A DNA stretch of 64,000 bases from NCBI GenBank assembly GCA_964016885.1, contig OZ024740.1, forward strand, positions 221,216,001-221,280,000. Direction: 5' to 3'. Under the pieces are notes generated by a model. That model was given only the letters and a program-made list of their open reading frames with translations. It was not told the DNA's origin and searched no databases. Made by a program: the position numbers and the translations under genes. The stretch is from Eledone cirrhosa (taxonomy: Eukaryota). Positions 40,446-54,659 of the stretch are shown here, one piece after another (positions within the stretch are counted from its first letter, which is position 1; each line of letters opens with the position of its first letter).

Positions 40446-42044
40446 GATGTGTGCCAGAAGCAAAGTTGAAAAGAATGGCTACGCTAGGTGGTAACCAAAC
40501 GAAAAAATACCTGCTTACATAAATCAACAGAGAATATACAGACTAGCATCAATAACTGTCTAATCCGAAGTTCTTTCATTTGTTTGGAACACGTCCCAGT
40601 GTTTTCGTATTTTTATACTATATTTCAGAATAAACACGAAAAACAGACAACGTTAGACATAGTTTAAACACTTGAAAGTTTAGGATATATTTGAGATAGT
40701 GCAGTAGATGGTGGCGAAATCAGTAATCTATTGCAACAAAAGTCGGTGAGTTGTTATTTTAGCCCCAAGTTAACAATGATCAAGAATCAAGCAGATATAT
40801 ATATATGATATATATGATCACAAGGACATTCTAGGCATGGCCACCTCTCTTTTATTTTCTGCAGTATTCGTTTCGGCTCTCAGTGTTCTGAGTTCAAAAC
40901 CCGCCGAGATCAACTATGCCTATCATCCTTTCAAGGTCAATACAAATGTAACAGTCCAGTACTGGGGTTGATTCTCTCACTATACCTCTTTCTTACTTCA
41001 TATTTATCACTCTCTTTACTTCTCTAGAAGAAATCGGCTTTCTTCTTACTTGAAGCGGGAATTGTCTCCGCCCAGTTTAAAATGTACAAGACACCATTTA
41101 TCACTACGGTTCCCCTCCGACTTTACCAGGAGTTACGGCTTCATACACACATTTTCCCTAGATACACTGCATAAGAAGTATTCCCACAACCCTGAAGGTT
41201 CAAGGAAAAAAGTGAAGTATCTAAGACTACATTATTCAATGCAGTTTATACAATCGGGTCATGTATAATAAACATATATTTAGTATTACTTTATTTTAAG
41301 CTGTGATCATGACACAGCAACACCAACATCGGAGTAAGAGCGGTGGATATATGTATTTCGAAGCCGCTACTGTTTAACAGCACTCACCCACGACCAAATA
41401 CGGAGGCATGGATGACAGCATTGTTTTATAGATTTTGTAAACATACGCTTCTTGATGAAGGGTTATTCATAAGCTTGAATTATTAGCGGTAGCACTAACA
41501 AGCGCGAGTCCGTATATAATATGTCTATGTATATCAAATATACATTTAGTCTCGCAGTGAGTATTTTAAGCCATCTCAATCCCACAGCTGTTTCAGTAAC
41601 AGTGTAAGAGCATCGAGTACATATATTTCAGAGTTGTTATTCATCGTCAGCATTACTTATTTATGCTAGCAACCTCAGCATCGGAATAAGAGCAGAACTA
41701 AATGAATGTTTATTATACGTACGGGGGTAGGCTGACAATGAAGGAGTGATGCTAGAGCTGTGAAATCTTGCATGCATTAATTTCAACTCTTCTTATTAAT
41801 AACTACATTGTTTTATTTTCAATGGATTATATTGAAAAATAAACCTCATTTGGTCATTCCATGAGAGTATCTTGGTCAGCCTATAAAGTTTTCAGCCAAT
41901 GAACGTTTTAGCTGACCCTCGTAATTTGAAATGTAAACTATACCTTAATAAACACAATTTTAGCAGACTGCAACAGGTTACCGCTGGAGAAAGTGTCGAG
42001 ATGGAAGGGGGAAGCCTGCAGGATCCAAGCCATGCATTATGATC

Positions 42045-42610
42045 TGGTGATGGTGGTGATTGTTGTTGTTGAGGTTTAACTCCAGGTCAGCTGGTGGTGG
42101 TGATGGTTGTGGTGGTGGTGATGGTTGTTGTTATTGTTGAGGTTTAATTCCAGGTCAGTTGGTGGTGGTGGTGGTGGTGGTGGCGGCGGTGGCGGTGTTG
42201 ATGCTGTTGATTTTTGTAGCTGTTTTTGAGGTTTAGCTCCAATCAGCTGGTGGTGGTGGTGGGGTGATGGTGGTGAGTGTTGTTGTTGTTGTTGTTGTTG
42301 TTGCGGTTTAGTTCCTGGTCAGCTTGTGGTGTTGGTATTGGTGGTGATGGTGGTGATTGTTGTTGTTGTTGTTGTTGAGGGTTAGCTCTAGGTCAGCTGG
42401 TTGTGGTGGTGGTGGTAGTGATTGTGGTGGTGATGGTGGTGATTGTTGTTGTTGTTGTTGTTGTTGAGGTTTAGCTCTAGGTCAGCTGGTTGTGGTGGTG
42501 GTGGTTGTGGTGGTGGTGGTGATTGTTGTTGTTGTTGTTGTTGTTGAGGTTTAGCTCTAGGTCAGCTGGTTGTGGTGGTGGTGGTTGTGTTGGTGGTGGT
42601 GGTGGTGGTG

Positions 42611-42649
<39 letters not shown>

Positions 42650-43799
42650 GAGGTTTAGCTCTAGGCCAGCTGGTTGTGGTGGTGGTGGTAGTGATTGTGG
42701 TGGTGTTGGTGGTGATTGTTGTTGTTGTTGTTGTTGAGGTTTAGCTCTAGGCCAGCTGGTTGTGGTGGTGGTGGTAGTGATTGTGGTGGTGTTGGTGGTG
42801 ATTGTTGTTGTTGTTGTTGTTGAGGTTTAGCTCTAGGTCAGCTGGTTGTGGTGGTGGTGGTTGTGTTGGTGGTGGTGGTGGTGATTGTTGTTGTTGTTGA
42901 GGTTTAGCTCTAGGTCAGCTGGTTGTGGTGGTGGTGGTTGTGTTGGTGGTGGTGGTGGTGGTGATTGTTGTTGTTGTTGAGGTTTAGCTCTAGGTCAGCT
43001 GGTTGTGGTGGTGGTGGTTGTGTTGGTGGTGGTGGTGGTGGTGATTGTTGTTGTTGTTGTTGTTGTTGTTGAGGTTTAGCTCTAGGTCAGCTGGTTGTGG
43101 TGGTGGTGGTTGTGTTGGTGGTGGTGGTGGTGGTGATTGTTGTTGTTGAGGTTTAGCTCTAGGTCAGCTGGTTGTGGTGGTGGTGGTTGTGTTGGTGGTG
43201 GTGGTGGTGGTGATTGTTGTTGTTGTTGAGGTTTAGCTCTAGGTCAGCTGGTTGTGGTGGTGGTGGTTGTGTTGGTGGTGGTGGTGGTGGTGATTGTTGT
43301 TGTTGTTGTTGTTGTTGTTGAGGTTTAGCTCTAGGTCAGCTGGTTGTGGTGGTGGTGGTTGTGTTGGTGGTGGTGGTGGTGGTGGTGATTGTTGTTGTTG
43401 TTGAGGTTTAGCTCTAGGTCAGCTGGTTGTGGTGGTGGTGGTTGTGTTGGTGGTGGTGGTGGTGGTGATTGTTGTTGTTGTTGAGGTTTAGCTCTAGGTC
43501 AGCTGGTTGTGGTGGTGGTGGTTGTGTTGGTGGTGGTGGTGGTGGTGATTGTTGTTGTTGTTGTTGTTGTTGTTGAGGTTTAGCTCTAGGTCAGCTGGTT
43601 GTGGTGGTGGTGGTTGTGTTGGTGGTGGTGGTGGTGGTGATTGTTGTTGTTGTTGAGGTTTAGCTCTAGGTCAGCTGGTTGTGGTGGTGGTGGTTGTGTT
43701 GGTGGTGGTGGTGGTGGTGATTGTTGTTGTTGTTGAGGTTTAGCTCTAGGTCAGCTGGTTGTGGTGGTGGTGGTTGTGTTGGTGGTGGTGGTGGTGGTG

Positions 43800-43830
<31 letters not shown>

Positions 43831-43980
43831 AGGTTTAGCTCTAGGTCAGCTGGTTGTGGTGGTGGTGGTTGTGTTGGTGGTGGTGGTGGTGGTGATTGTT
43901 GTTGTTGTTGTTGTTGAGGTTTAGCTCTAGGTCAGCTGGTTGTGGTGGTGGTGGTTGTGTTGGTGGTGGTGGTGGTGGTG

Positions 43981-44011
<31 letters not shown>

Positions 44012-44164
44012 AGGTTTAGCTCTAGGTCAGCTGGTTGTGGTGGTGGTGGTTGTGGTGGTTGTGGTGGTGGTGGTGTTGGTGGTGATTGTTGTTGTTGTTG
44101 AGGTTTAGCTCTAGGTCAGCTGGTTGTGGTGGTGGTGGTTGTGTTGGTGGTGGTGGTGGTGGTG

Positions 44165-44197
<33 letters not shown>

Positions 44198-44502
44198 GAG
44201 GTTTAGCTCTAGGTCAGCTGGTTGTGGTGGTGGTGGTGTTGGTGGTGATTGTTGTTGTTGTTGTTGTTGTTGAGGTTTAGCTCTAGGTCAGCTGGTTGTG
44301 GTGGTGGTGGTTGTGTTGGTGGTGGTGGTGGTGTTGATTGTTGTTGTTGTTGTTGTTGTTGTTGAGGTTTAGCTCTAGGTCAGCTGGTTGTGGTGGTGGT
44401 GGTGTTGGTGGTGATTGTTGTTGTTGTTGTTGTTGTTGAGGTTTAGCTCTAGGTCAGCTGGTTGTGGTGGTGGTGGTTGTGTTGGTGGTGGTGGTGGTGG
44501 TG

Positions 44503-44533
<31 letters not shown>

Positions 44534-44665
44534 AGGTTTAGCTCTAGGTCAGCTGGTTGTGGTGGTGGTGGTGTTGGTGGTGATTGTTGTTGTTGTTGTT
44601 GAGGTTTAGCTCTAGGTCAGCTGGTTGTGGTGGTGGTGGTTGTGTTGGTGGTGGTGGTGGTGGTG

Positions 44666-44696
<31 letters not shown>

Positions 44697-45000
44697 AGGT
44701 TTAGCTCTAGGTCAGCTGGTTGTGGTGGTGGTGGTTGTGTTGGTGGTGGTGGTGGTGGTGATTGTTGTTGTTGTTGAGGTTTAGCTCTAGGTCAGCTGGT
44801 TGTGGTGGTGGTGGTTGTGTTGGTGGTGGTGGTGGTGTTGATTGTTGTTGTTGTTGTTGTTGTTGCAGTTGAAGTTTAGTTCCTGGTCAGCTGGTTGTGG
44901 TGGTGTTGGTGGTGATTGTTGTTGTTGTTTTTGTTGAGGTTTAGCTCTAGGTCAGCTGGTTGTGGTGGTGGTGGTTGTGTTGGTGGTGGTGGTGGTGGTG

Positions 45001-45031
<31 letters not shown>

Positions 45032-45687
45032 AGGTTTAGCTCTAGGTCAGCTGGTTGTGGTGGTGGTGGTTGTGTTGGTGGTGGTGGTGGTGTTGATTGT
45101 TGTTGTTGTTGTTGTTGTTGCAGTTGAAGTTTAGTTCCTGGTCAGCTGGTTGTGGTGGTGTTGGTGGTGATTGTTGTTGTTGTTTTTGTTGAGGTTTAGC
45201 TCTAGGTCAGCTGGTTGTGGTGGTGGTGGTTGTGTTGGTGGTGGTGGTGGTGGTGATTGTTGTTGTTGTTGAGGTTTAGCTCTAGGTCAGCTGGTTGTGG
45301 TGGTGGTGGTTGTGTTGGTGGTGGTGGTGGTGGTGATTGTTGTTGTTGTTGAGGTTTAGCTCTAGGTCAGCTGGTTGTGGTGGTGGTGGTTGTGTTGGTG
45401 GTGGTGGTGGTGGTGATTGTTGTTGTTGTTGTTGTTGTTGTTGAGGTTTAGCTCTAGGTCAGCTGGTTGTGGTGGTGGTGGTGTTGGTGGTGATTGTTGT
45501 TGTTGTTGTTGTTGAGGTTTAGCTCTAGGTCAGCTGGTTGTGGTGGTGGTGGTAGTGATTGTGGTGGTGTTGGTGGTGATTGTTGTTGTTGTTGAGGTTT
45601 AGCTCTAGGTCAGCTGGTTGTGGTGGTGGTGGTAGTGATTGTGGTGGTGTTGGTGGTGATTGTTGTTGTTGTTGTTGTTGTTGTTGC

Positions 45688-45727
<40 letters not shown>

Positions 45728-45797
45728 GAGGTTTAGCTCTAGGCCAGCTGGTTGTGGTGGTGTTGGTGGTGATTGTTGTTGTTGTTGAGGTTTAGCT
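42045..45797. repeat. Composite satellite, roughly 50 units: fixed 23-nt core plus variable (GGT)n/(GTT)n
   Basis: Core gaggtttagctctaggtcagctg repeated about every 60-90 bp. Confidence 0.95.
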
Positions 45798-47266
45798 TCA
45801 TGTCAACACTCCGAGAGTCATTTTGCATGGCGGAACAGGAGAATTCTGGCGGAGGGGAGGGGGTTGTGGTAGTGATAATGATGATGTGGGGATGGTTGCT
45901 GTTGTTGTTGTTGTTGTTGTGGTGGTGGTGGGGATGATTATGTGGGCGATGGTGGTTATCAGATTTTCCCGGGCCCTTCTGTGGTTGTCCGGGTTCTGGA
46001 TCAATATACCTTCTGAACAACTCTGTCTATGATCAACGACATTATCTCCATGACCAGTTTGTTTTTATCCGAATTTTTATTGTTTTTATCCGAATGACTA
46101 CTAGAGTCAGCTGAAAAGTTCATAGATTCACTATGAAGGACTAGTGATATTACTGCGACATCTTGCATGCATTAATTCTTTCATGAGAATATCTTGATCA
46201 GCCTATGATCTTTTCAGCTTATGTAACTTTCAGTCGACCTTCGTACACTATTCAATGTTTTTCAGATAGTAGAATGTGATTTGAGGGAGATTTAGCTACT
46301 ATTGATTGCAGGCTGATGAACTACACTGGAACTTCTCCGCTGGCTCTTTGTTATTGCCATTGCTAATTGGTTTAAGCATAACAAATAAACCCGATTAAAA
46401 ACCAAACAATGTCGACTAGTTTAACCCATTTCTCTCTTCAAATAATTGCGAAAGAAAATATATAAGAACCGTTGTGTGATTTGGAGAAATATTTCCGAAT
46501 GACTGCTTCTGTTTATAGTTTTGATTGTTAGAGTGATAACGATGATAGTGATGACAGTGTAATTAGGAAATAATCTTCATCTCGATAGTTCTACTGTGTA
46601 ATATCTTCTTAATCCCTTACCTTACCATACCAATAACATGAACACTTCAACAAGTTTATTTAAGTAGAAAAAATATTTTGCTCGTCAGTTTCTGCTCTAA
46701 GTTTGTTGTTTCAAGTTAAATACTTTTTGGAATTCTGCCCTACCCAGAAGACTTGGAATAGTTTCAGCAGTGTTCAATCTTTCGGCAAAGGATAGGGGAC
46801 ATGAAGATACTTAACTATTTTGACAGCAACCTGCCCAAATGTATTCCTGTTCATATCTAAATTAAAACCCCACATCATAATTCTATATAAGAATATTTTG
46901 TTTTATCTGAAGATAAGCTAAATAAGGACAAAATCATTTTACTTCATTTCTCAAAGTTTTTGATTATTTTGAAAATAATTTAAATACATAAACAGTATAT
47001 TTTAATGGAAATATAGTAACTAAAGGGTCGAGTCAAATACATAGGGTTGAATTAAGGCTGTAAACATAACCCATCAATGGTGCCTCCTTAATCATTTCAT
47101 TATCTAAATAAAGCAGCATCGAATTTGAGTTATTAGCGTTATCTTCAATTCGGTATTTGTGAAAATCCTTACCTATGATTATGAATCTTGAGTAATAACC
47201 AAAATAATACGATCATGAATACAAGCAGTCGAAATAGGGTCTTCTGAAGTGTTTTTGGAGTAACGT

Positions 47267-49340
47267 TACCCGAAGAGACGGACCTTCAGATCTTTACGAA
47301 GGTCCGACTTCTCCACCTGCCTCAAACTGTGACAGGCCACCCAGGTTTTGCTCTTCCTCTCCTTTACATGCTCCTCTATGTTTCTGATCCTTGCTCCTAG
47401 ATACAGGAAGTCCCCAACAAGCTCTAGCGGCTTCCCGCCAACATTCATAATCCACTCTAGCTCCTTGATATTCTCCACTTCAAATTACTCTCATTCATTC
47501 TCAGCCTCACACACATCGAGACAGTTCTACATCTCACATCAAATCCCCTACAAAATTCACTGTGTTTGTCACCAGAGCTATGTCGCTAGCAAATGTAGCA
47601 TTTGATATCATTTTAGCCTTAACTCTCTTGCTCTGAGCCGGTGTTACAGTGAAGCCAAGTCCTGGTGTTTTTCCAGTGCAAGGTGCATACAATAGACCAC
47701 TGCGATGATGCAAGGGTAGGGAGTCAATGTATTGCCTTGGAGCACTCCAGCCAGTATCTCAAAGAATTGCGTCATCTCGTCAGGTATGATGACTTAGTCT
47801 CTGGTGTTGGTGTAGAGATCAGGGATACCAGGTCCACCATCTTCTTTGAGATTCCACAAGCCTTTATGATCTTCATCAGGCAGTCTCGGTCCACAGAATC
47901 AAAGGCCTTCCTGAAGTCAATGAAAACCATGACAGCCAGAATTCTTTGTTCTAACTCCCTCTAGAATTCTCCTCAGCATCAGAATATGACCGGTGGTTGA
48001 TCTTCCTTCTCTGTGCCGTTCTGGTTATCCCTGAGCTTCTCCATATCTGGGTGGATCCGGTTAAGAATTATTCTGTCGAGGGTCACAAGTGACGTCAGTA
48101 AGTTGTTGGTGTCAAAGAGATCTCCCTCCTTTGGTACTGGAATGGTGTTACTGATCCTCCACTGATCCGGGGAAACTCCTTTTTCCAGGGCCTGGTTACA
48201 GAACTCCAGGATGATATAATCAACATCACACATCTTCATCACTTTTTCGTTTCCATCGGCCTGGGCCTCACCCTCCTTGATCTTCTCCTCGGCTCTCTGA
48301 AGCTCCTCTCTGGTGAAGGGTTCTGTCTCAATATCCATTTCCTCGATATATATTGTCTGATATTCCCGGTGTTCTGGGCTGTGGAAAGTGGCTCTCCTAG
48401 TAGGGTCTTCAAATGGTCCGACAACTTCCTCTTCCTATTCTCGGGCCCTGTTCCCTGGATCTGAGTTGGAATCCCTCTCTTCCTCCCTCTGATCTCGTTG
48501 ATGATCGACCAGCTCTCTTTACACTCACACCTGTCCACCGCTCTCTCTACACTCCTGATCTTCTTCATCAGCACCTCCTCTTTGCCCTCAGAGTAAGCAG
48601 CACAGAGTTCTTTCTTCCACATTCATCTTTCTCTCCTCCGTATGATCAGCATGGAATGGTCCTTGGCATCTCTCGGGTGTTTCTGACTGCACTTACTTTT
48701 GGGTTTTCAGAGTTGTCGTCCTCCCCCCTTCTTCTCTCTCCTTGGCACCAGGGCCTCACTTGCTTCTGCCGCTGCAATGGTGAAGTACCCGTACTTCCCT
48801 ACCACACTCACGTCTGTCTCCACATTCTCTCTCTCCCCCGCCGCTTCTCCACAGAAATCGCTAAACCTGTTCCTCACCTCTACTGAGTATCTCTCCTGTA
48901 ATACATCATAAACTCATCATCTTCTTTGAAAGCTCCCCAATCATAGATAGCTTAGTCTTACTCTTTCTTAAACTCCCCCGGACCTCACTCATAACAAGCC
49001 GGTAGTCACTGCATAGTTTACTGAAATAACTGTAGGGTTCTTTGTTCAGAACACAATTCTGCAGCTTTCTCCTCACCAGAATGAAATCAATCTGAGACTT
49101 GGTCAGGTGTATATCAGAGATGTAGGTCCACATCTTCCCCGGCTTCTTGCTAAACCTTAGGTTGGTTGCTTTCAGTTTCGCCTCCAGCATGGTATCCCTC
49201 AGTAGTCTCTCGTTTCGGTTGGTGTTGTCATGGAAGTACCAGCAGGGATCTTCACTGCTCTCTCCTTACTCAGATGTGCATTGAAGTCATCCAGAACAAA
49301 GCCAGTTACTACAAAGGCGTCATATCAGGAACGTACGTTT
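47267..49340 (-). mobile_element. Degenerate APE-RT LINE relic (RTE-group)
   Basis: SQIDFILVRRK..SDYRLV (APE end), PDQWRISNTIPVPKEGDL, FIDFRKAFDSVDR, GVLQGNTL and DFLYLGA, read across frameshifts. Confidence 0.8.
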
Positions 49341-49828
49341 CGTTAGACTAAAGGGCCAACTTGTTCAACCTGTGTCGATGGAAATGAACAGGAAAATGTT
49401 TACTTAAAAAAAAGGTTTACTTGAATAAGGTTCGCGATAAATATCAAATCTACATTCGTTACACTAACTTTCCCCGTGATTCCGTTTATTTAAGGTTGTT
49501 AGATTATTGAGGTGTTGGGTAGTTTATCATAATATTGGCAAACGATCAATTGCAGTCTGTCACATCGTCTTACAAGTTATCGCTCGGCTATTTATTATTA
49601 TTTCCTTGATTAAACACACACACATACACATATATGCATACACACACATGCGCACGCACACACATACGTACAAACACACAGATGCACACAACAGGTACAC
49701 ACACATACACTCGTTCACATAGATACACAAACCGAAACACACACATCTATATGTACACCCATATGTATATATAATAGCAAGGAAATATTAATAACAAAAA
49801 AAAAAATATATATATATATGTTTGTATA

Positions 49829-49866
<38 letters not shown>

Positions 49867-50001
49867 ATGCATTCATATATAAATAATAGTATTTTTTATT
49901 AAGATTGATTTCTCATAATATGACCATTACTCATCATTTTTGGGCGGTCAAATGGTCTTCAGAGAGAAAGTATCTAAAAAAAAAAATATTATATCTAAAC
50001 A

Positions 50002-50039
<38 letters not shown>

Positions 50040-50084
50040 CGCGCACACAATTACATGCGTGTGCGCACACATACTCATATATAG

Positions 50085-50480
50085 ACGAAGATCGGTTGAA
50101 AAAACTCATAGGCTGACTATGAAGGAGTGATGCTAGAGTTGTGAAATCTTCAATGCATTGATGTCAACTCTTCTTATTAATAATCGCATTGCTTTTTTCC
50201 AGGGATTATGTTGAAAAAAGGACGGTGGATTGGCAGTATCGGGAGAGGGTCGGACGCCATGCTTTGCAGCATAGAGTTCAAATCCCGCCGAGGTTAACTT
50301 TGCCCTTGATCCTTACAGGGTCGATAAAATAAAGTACCAGTAATGCACTGGGATAATTGCTGGCCTTGTGCCAAAAGCAGAAACAATTATGTTGAAAAAT
50401 AAACCTCATTTGGGCATTCCATGAGAGTATCTTAGCCTATAAAGTTTTGAGCCAATGAACGTTTTATTCGACCCTGGTAA
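50085..50480. mobile_element. Mariner-type MITE interrupted by a SINE (50218-50390)
   Basis: The SINE is flanked by duplicated attatgttgaaaaa; the MITE halves match 41720-41925. Confidence 0.75.
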
Positions 50481-50507
50481 TTTGAAATGTAAACTATACC
50501 TTTATAA

Positions 50508-50972
50508 AAATTGTTTCTACCTGTGGCACAAGGCACAGTGCATTACTGGTACTTTATTACTGGTATTTTATTTTATCGACCCCGTAAGGATGAAAGGCAA
50601 AGTTAACCTCGGTGGAATTTGAACTCAGGCCGTAAAGGGCCGTAACTCTATGCTGCAAAGCATGGCGTCTGACGCTCTACCAATACTGCTTGTTTATAAT
50701 ACATACACATATCGTACATATACACCTCATATTAGGGGTATTATATGAAAGCATGTACAATATGTTTATCTACTAATATATAATTGTTTCTACTTTAGGC
50801 ACAAGGCCAGCAATTACCCAGTGCATTACTGGTACTTTATTTTATCGACCCCGTAAGGATGAAACGCAAAGTCAACCTCGGCGGCATTTGAACTCAGATC
50901 GTAAAGGGACGTAACTATGCTGGAAAGCATGGCGTCCGACACTCTACCGATACTGCCAATCCACCGCCCTTT
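50508..50972 (-). mobile_element. Two tRNA-derived SINE copies (50508-50690, 50780-50972); another at 51822-52005
   Basis: Reverse complement of the SINE consensus. Confidence 0.85.
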
Positions 50973-51334
50973 ATAATAATCACGCAGTTTTAGCCGTGCT
51001 GTGAAAAGTGGTTACACCAAAAGTTTTATTTCTCCGCGTTGAGTATAAAAAAGATCCTATGACTAGTTTCTAGTTTTCTTAGACATTCATCAGACGAAAA
51101 ATACTCTTCTCTTCCACAAATATAAGTGTTTATTCCTAACATTGGTATAGAAGGCCAGCAATTTGGTGAAGGGGTAAGTCGATTACGTCAACCCCATTAC
51201 CTATTCTTCTACTTCTTCGTTCAAATCCCGGACTGGGGTCGATTTAATAGACTCCCCCTCCCCAAATTATTGGCTTTGTGCCTAAATCAGAAACCATTTT
51301 TATTATCATTCTTGGGAATGTTGTGTGTGTGTTT

Positions 51335-51665
51335 GAGCGTGGGGGTAGTCCCCAGACACTTCTTCCAGAGGGTCCTATCAAAACGGACTGTCTCCAATTG
51401 ATCCGACTGGATCCCTAAACGAGACCAAACAAGCTCATGGATATTAACCAGCGATGTTACTTGGAGTCTACCTCTGCCTAGCGATTCTTTCCTTAGATAT
51501 TCTAACCACACGTCCTTAGTACCGGAGTTGTAATCACTTGATTTGAAGGAGTAGAGGTTCTACCTTAAGTAACTCCCTGATCTCCAAGCTACGCACCCTA
51601 TCGAGTAACGTAAGTCAAACAATCTCAAGGGGAACCTCCATTTCAGCCGTCTGTATTTGCGATCA
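51335..51665 (-). mobile_element. Old 3' fragment of the Expander-like RTE family
   Basis: SQIQTAEME..TLLDRVRSLEIRELLKVEPLLL parallels 33790-33930. Confidence 0.6.
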
Positions 51666-52312
51666 TTACTCAGTACTTAATCGGCGCTTTATTATAACGA
51701 CCCTGGAAAAATGAAAGACAAAATGGAGATCGGCGTGATTTGAACATAGAAAATCGTAATAAAATACCGCAAGGTCCAACGCTCAACCGGTACAGCCAAT
51801 CCACGGTCCCTCCACACACAAATAATTGTTTCTACTTTTTTTGCACAAGGCCAGCAAATACCCAGTGCATTACTGGTACTTTATTTTATCGACCCCGCAA
51901 GGATGAAAGGCAAAGTTAACCTCGGCAGGATATGAACTCAGACTGCAAAGGGCCGTAACTCGGTGGTGCAAAGCATAGCGTCCGACACTCTACCGATACT
52001 GCCAAATAATAAATGAATAACACTGTGTTGTGGTTGTAGGACCTCCGTCGGTTCAGACGACAATTTTCCAGTTGTTTAATGTATTTCTCAGGGAGATTCG
52101 GGTAGATAGAGTTTGTAGCAAGGTTGGCCTTTTGAATTACTTGTAGAACAACTATTTTTTTTTCAGCTGAATGAACTGGTGGAATATGAAATAAAGTGTG
52201 TTGCTCAAGTACATTACACACTGCCGGGAATCGAACTTATGATCGTGAACCTAACACCCTAACTACTAAGCCACTTTATTAATTAACATGTTCGGCTTTG
52301 TATACACTATAT

Positions 52313-52572
52313 CAGCGGCCCCAACCACCGGGCCGCACGGAAAAAATAAAAACTGTTTTTTCCATTTTATTGACTATCGTGGTCAACCATATGTAGATTT
52401 GAGTCCCATTTACAGTGTTAATGTCATAATTAAATTAACTGATAAAATTATATAACTTTATTGTTTATTTCGTTTTATTACGCGTGTGACTGACATCGAC
52501 CCTCCACTCGGTCTGTGGAGAAATTGTCTTGCATAACGCCGGTCCGTGGCACAATATGGTTGGGGACCGCTG
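52313..52572. mobile_element. hAT-Charlie-type MITE
   Basis: TIRs cagcggccccaacc / ggttggggaccgctg; 8-bp TSD cactatat at 52305-52312 and 52573-52580. Confidence 0.88.
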
Positions 52573-53403
52573 CACTATATAAATACATAATAATATCTCT
52601 GTGGACAGAAGATAGTTATTCTTTCTTTAATGATGGCTTAACTGCCTAACAGGGTTAGGAACTAGACGAGTCATATTTATATTATTTTTCTGCACATGGA
52701 AAAATAAACCCTGTAGTGTAAACATTTCGTTTAGTTTTCATAGTAGGCTAAACTAAATGGTATGGTTATTAAATCGGTATATATATAATTACAAATAAAA
52801 ACAAACTCTGTTGTATGTATATATATATATTTAAAAGAATAGAGGTGTAACACACGAGTTATGATATATTGGTAAAAGGAAAAGAAAATGCTGACAAATT
52901 GTTCCCAGTGAAAAATAGTTTAATTAGGAATAAGTAAAAATTAGTAATAAGTATTGGTTAGTATTCAGTTTTAGTTTTAAGTTTATACCGGTTGCGCATT
53001 TCTAATGCTTTTCAAAAATAATTTTGAGATAGAGCGCCCGTGATGTTTGCTCTAATCTGATCAGTTTTGGAAATTCTACCTGTTTTATGTGAAAAAAGTG
53101 GCTCCAGAGGTATTAAAATAAGTTTCGCGCCAATTCGTGTTGCAAAAATTCTTGTGGTCAAAAAAATTTTGATTGGTCGGTAGAGGTCACGTGAATCTTA
53201 AAAATTGCTTTTGCGCCAAATGTAGGTTTGTCGAAGAGTGTCCTTTTTCGCCTGATTGAGAAGTCACTGAAAAATAAGTCTTTTGTGAAGTGAAACCGTT
53301 CGGTAAAAGCAATTGGAATAGGTAAATATTTAAATTATATTTTTTAATTTATTTTAAAAAATTGTTTGAATCTTGCTTGCTCCGCTTATCTCAATATTAT
53401 ATC

Positions 53404-53483
<80 letters not shown>

Positions 53484-53487
<4 letters not shown>

Positions 53488-53826
53488 GATATTAAACAAA
53501 TGGAAACTATATTTATAAAACCATATTTATTTCATTATACATATTTAGGGGATACCATATTAAAAATACGGCATGCCTTCGTCAGATAAAATACAATATA
53601 TAAACAGTTTTATAAATACTTTTGACGTACCATAAATATGAGCGACAATTATGTAGGAAGCTGGTCGCTCATATTTATGGTACGTCAAAATTATATATAA
53701 AACTGTTTATATATTGTATTTTATCTGACGAAGGCATGCCATATTTTTAATATGATATCCCCGAAATATGTATAATGAAATAAATATGGTTTTATAAATA
53801 TAGTTTCCATTTGTTTAGTATCGTAT
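53484..53826. repeat. ~340-bp palindrome made of two head-to-head PLE termini, each with a hammerhead motif
   Basis: Plus arm 53717-53782: tattttat-CTGACGA..GAAA-tatgta-TA-atgaaata (same family as 15053). The minus arm has GAAA mutated to TAAA. Confidence 0.8.
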
Positions 53827-53910
53827 ATCTACTCCAAAAACTTGTCGAGTGCTTTATATCAGTTATAAAATATTTACTTGTTGCAACCCAACAATTTTAA
53901 ATAAAACTTT

Positions 53911-53945
<35 letters not shown>

Positions 53946-54659
53946 AAATGGGGAGAAGAATACTGCAGGTTGCACATGGATAACATGTTATAAAATGAAT
54001 CCCTCATCAGTGATTTGCCGACGATCATAGATATTTCATTGCATTAAAAATCATATACCTCACGTCGGTGCAATAATAACTAAATTAAGTTATTAGGACA
54101 ATTAAAACGCGTAAAGCGAGTGAGACAAGTAAACAACAAAGAGGAAAGCTAACCGTAGAGAGGAAGGGAACAAGCTACATAGTTATTCTGTTAGCATAAG
54201 CTAGGTGAATATATGAGCGCTTAGAAAAAAGACATTTCGAGATGAATATATATATATTTATATATATATATATGCGTGTGTGTGTGTGTAAGGTATATTT
54301 AATTTAGAGGAACCACGAAATAATTTCCCTCGTATATTTCATTGTATCACATATCGTTCTTTTACCATTTGTTTCAATCAGGTTTACGACATTTTACGTG
54401 TACATTATAATGCAGAATTTATTATGTTTAATATATGTAATTAAAACCTAGAATTTCTTGGTTTTGAACCGTTTAGATATCAGAAGCTGATTTGTTGATA
54501 TATAGAGCTTCATTTTTATTCACAGTTATTGAGAATATTTTATTTTATTTATTGGTGATTCGTCTAGACAAGCTTTGTATCGAACAGAATTAGGTCTAAA
54601 AGAGATTGATATCAGAATTTTAAATCAGAAACGTGTGTGTGATAAATGGGGGGGGGGGG

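Noticed and set aside
42045-45797. CRISPR-like array (constant repeat plus variable spacers) or repetitive protein gene
   Set aside because: The spacers are only GGT/GTT microsatellites, there are no cas genes and the context is eukaryotic. Unit length is 23+3n, so frames shift and hit stops.
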